Shown one piece after another: positions 63,101 through 64,000 of a DNA stretch of 64,000 nucleotides. Source of the DNA: Dicyema japonicum (taxonomy: Eukaryota; Animalia; Dicyemida); the NCBI GenBank assembly GCA_011109175.1, contig RDEW01000023.1:862468-926467 (forward strand), read 5' to 3'. A program made the position numbers and the translations under genes. Position 1 is the first letter of the stretch. Each line of letters starts with the position of its first letter. The notes beneath the pieces are model-generated. The model did no database searches, was not told the origin of the DNA, and saw only the letters and a list, made by a program, of their open reading frames with translations.

Positions 63101-64000
63101 TGCCAAAAATATAAAGAGGAGTACCCCATAATGGGAATATACCTATCTAAGGCATTAGACTCAATCAGTATAGTCAAGATAATACGAATATTAACACCAC
63201 TATCAAGGAAGATTGCATCAGAATAATTCGTTATCTACTCTCCTCCACTCAACTATTTTTCCAGCTCGGAAATCAGAATTCCAGAGTATTCGGAACAAAG
63301 AAGGGCACCCCTCAAGGAGAAGCCCTATCCCCGGTATTATTCATCACAAATCTGAGGAAATCCTACAATTGCATAGCTGACAGATGGCTCAATTAATTGT
63401 TTGTTCAATTTATTTATTTAACCCCAAGACCACCAGGAAAGATAGGTCAAAACTGACTAATTAGGTAATCCCAGCTTCCAGTAACATCCGAACTCTCTTC
63501 ATTTGGTCTTCTGATGATCCAACCGCATTCCGGATGCGTCTTCTCTTCCTTTTGCAAAGGAATTCTATCGGCGTGCACTTTTTTATTACCGACCGAAATC
63601 CCTCTACATGGGCCACCTTTTCCTTGATTGGGTTTCCCAGTTCCTTTTAGAAACGTAGGAAATCCTTGCCATTTTTCAACGTTTCTTCATCAGAAACGAG
63701 TGACTCGAGAACGTTAAAGAAAGTCGAAAATTACACCAATGATCTTCTGGGTCCTCGTAAAAGGGATGGGAGTGTTTCCGATGGATATCTTGACTCCACC
63801 TTTAAATCTTCTGTCCGTAGTGAATAATGTGAACTGAGACTTGGATGCTGATACACATAACATATTTGAAGATGGCCAGTGACAACTCTTGTTAGGTGTG
63901 TCTGAACAGTTGCTACAGCCATGGTTGGAGATTTATTTCTTGCAGAGATAATTAGGTCGTCTGCATAGGATAAAAACATAGTGTCCTGATCATTGGTAGT
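45187..64000. repeat. ~4.55-4.6 kb tandem macrosatellite (at least 4 units, running off the window): RTE-like APE/RT fragment (+), X/Y LINE fragment (-), ~1.7 kb AT-rich spacer
   Basis: The junction GTAATAAACTGC recurs with its CTGC at 45986, 50584, 55113 and 59689 (periods 4598, 4529, 4576); the ORF track repeats the same short ORFs at this period. Confidence 0.97.

Noticed and set aside
45187-64000. Telomeric HeT-A/TART-style serial retrotransposition, or intact RT genes in the array
   Set aside because: Units are composite, share junctions and lesions, and contain opposite orientations; no unit has an intact ORF.

Overview
AT-rich eukaryotic DNA, almost certainly animal, dominated by nested and mostly decayed transposable elements. 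It contains CRE- and HERO/NeSL-type RLE retrotransposons, Ingi/Vingi-, Jockey/I- and RTE-type LINEs, Buster-type hAT, pogo/Tigger, Tc1 (DD34E), Ginger-like integrases and a young tRNA-derived SINE with perfect TSDs. A few compact host genes sit among them: TMEM70, MEAF6/Eaf6, an Atos/FAM214 homolog and unidentified multi-exon genes. Host introns are only about 21-32 nt (GT-AG), similar to what is reported for dicyemids; the taxon cannot be fixed from this window. Most notable: (i) two unrelated DNA-transposon genes (Tc1 transposase, Ginger-like integrases) carry the same ultra-short introns, and splicing them restores exact DD34E and DD35E spacing; (ii) an unexplained ~130-nt RNA-like fold at 38.86-38.99 kb (four-way junction plus 8-bp pseudoknot); (iii) from ~45.2 kb to the window end, a ~4.55-4.6 kb tandem macrosatellite built from two oppositely oriented LINE fragments plus an AT-rich spacer, with an inverted copy at its left edge; (iv) a full-length Ingi/Vingi-like LINE with a 2A-like DIELNPGP peptide. 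Many frameshifts fall in homopolymers, so the assembly is probably imperfectly polished and 'pseudogene' calls are provisional. All family assignments come from motif recognition, not database searches.
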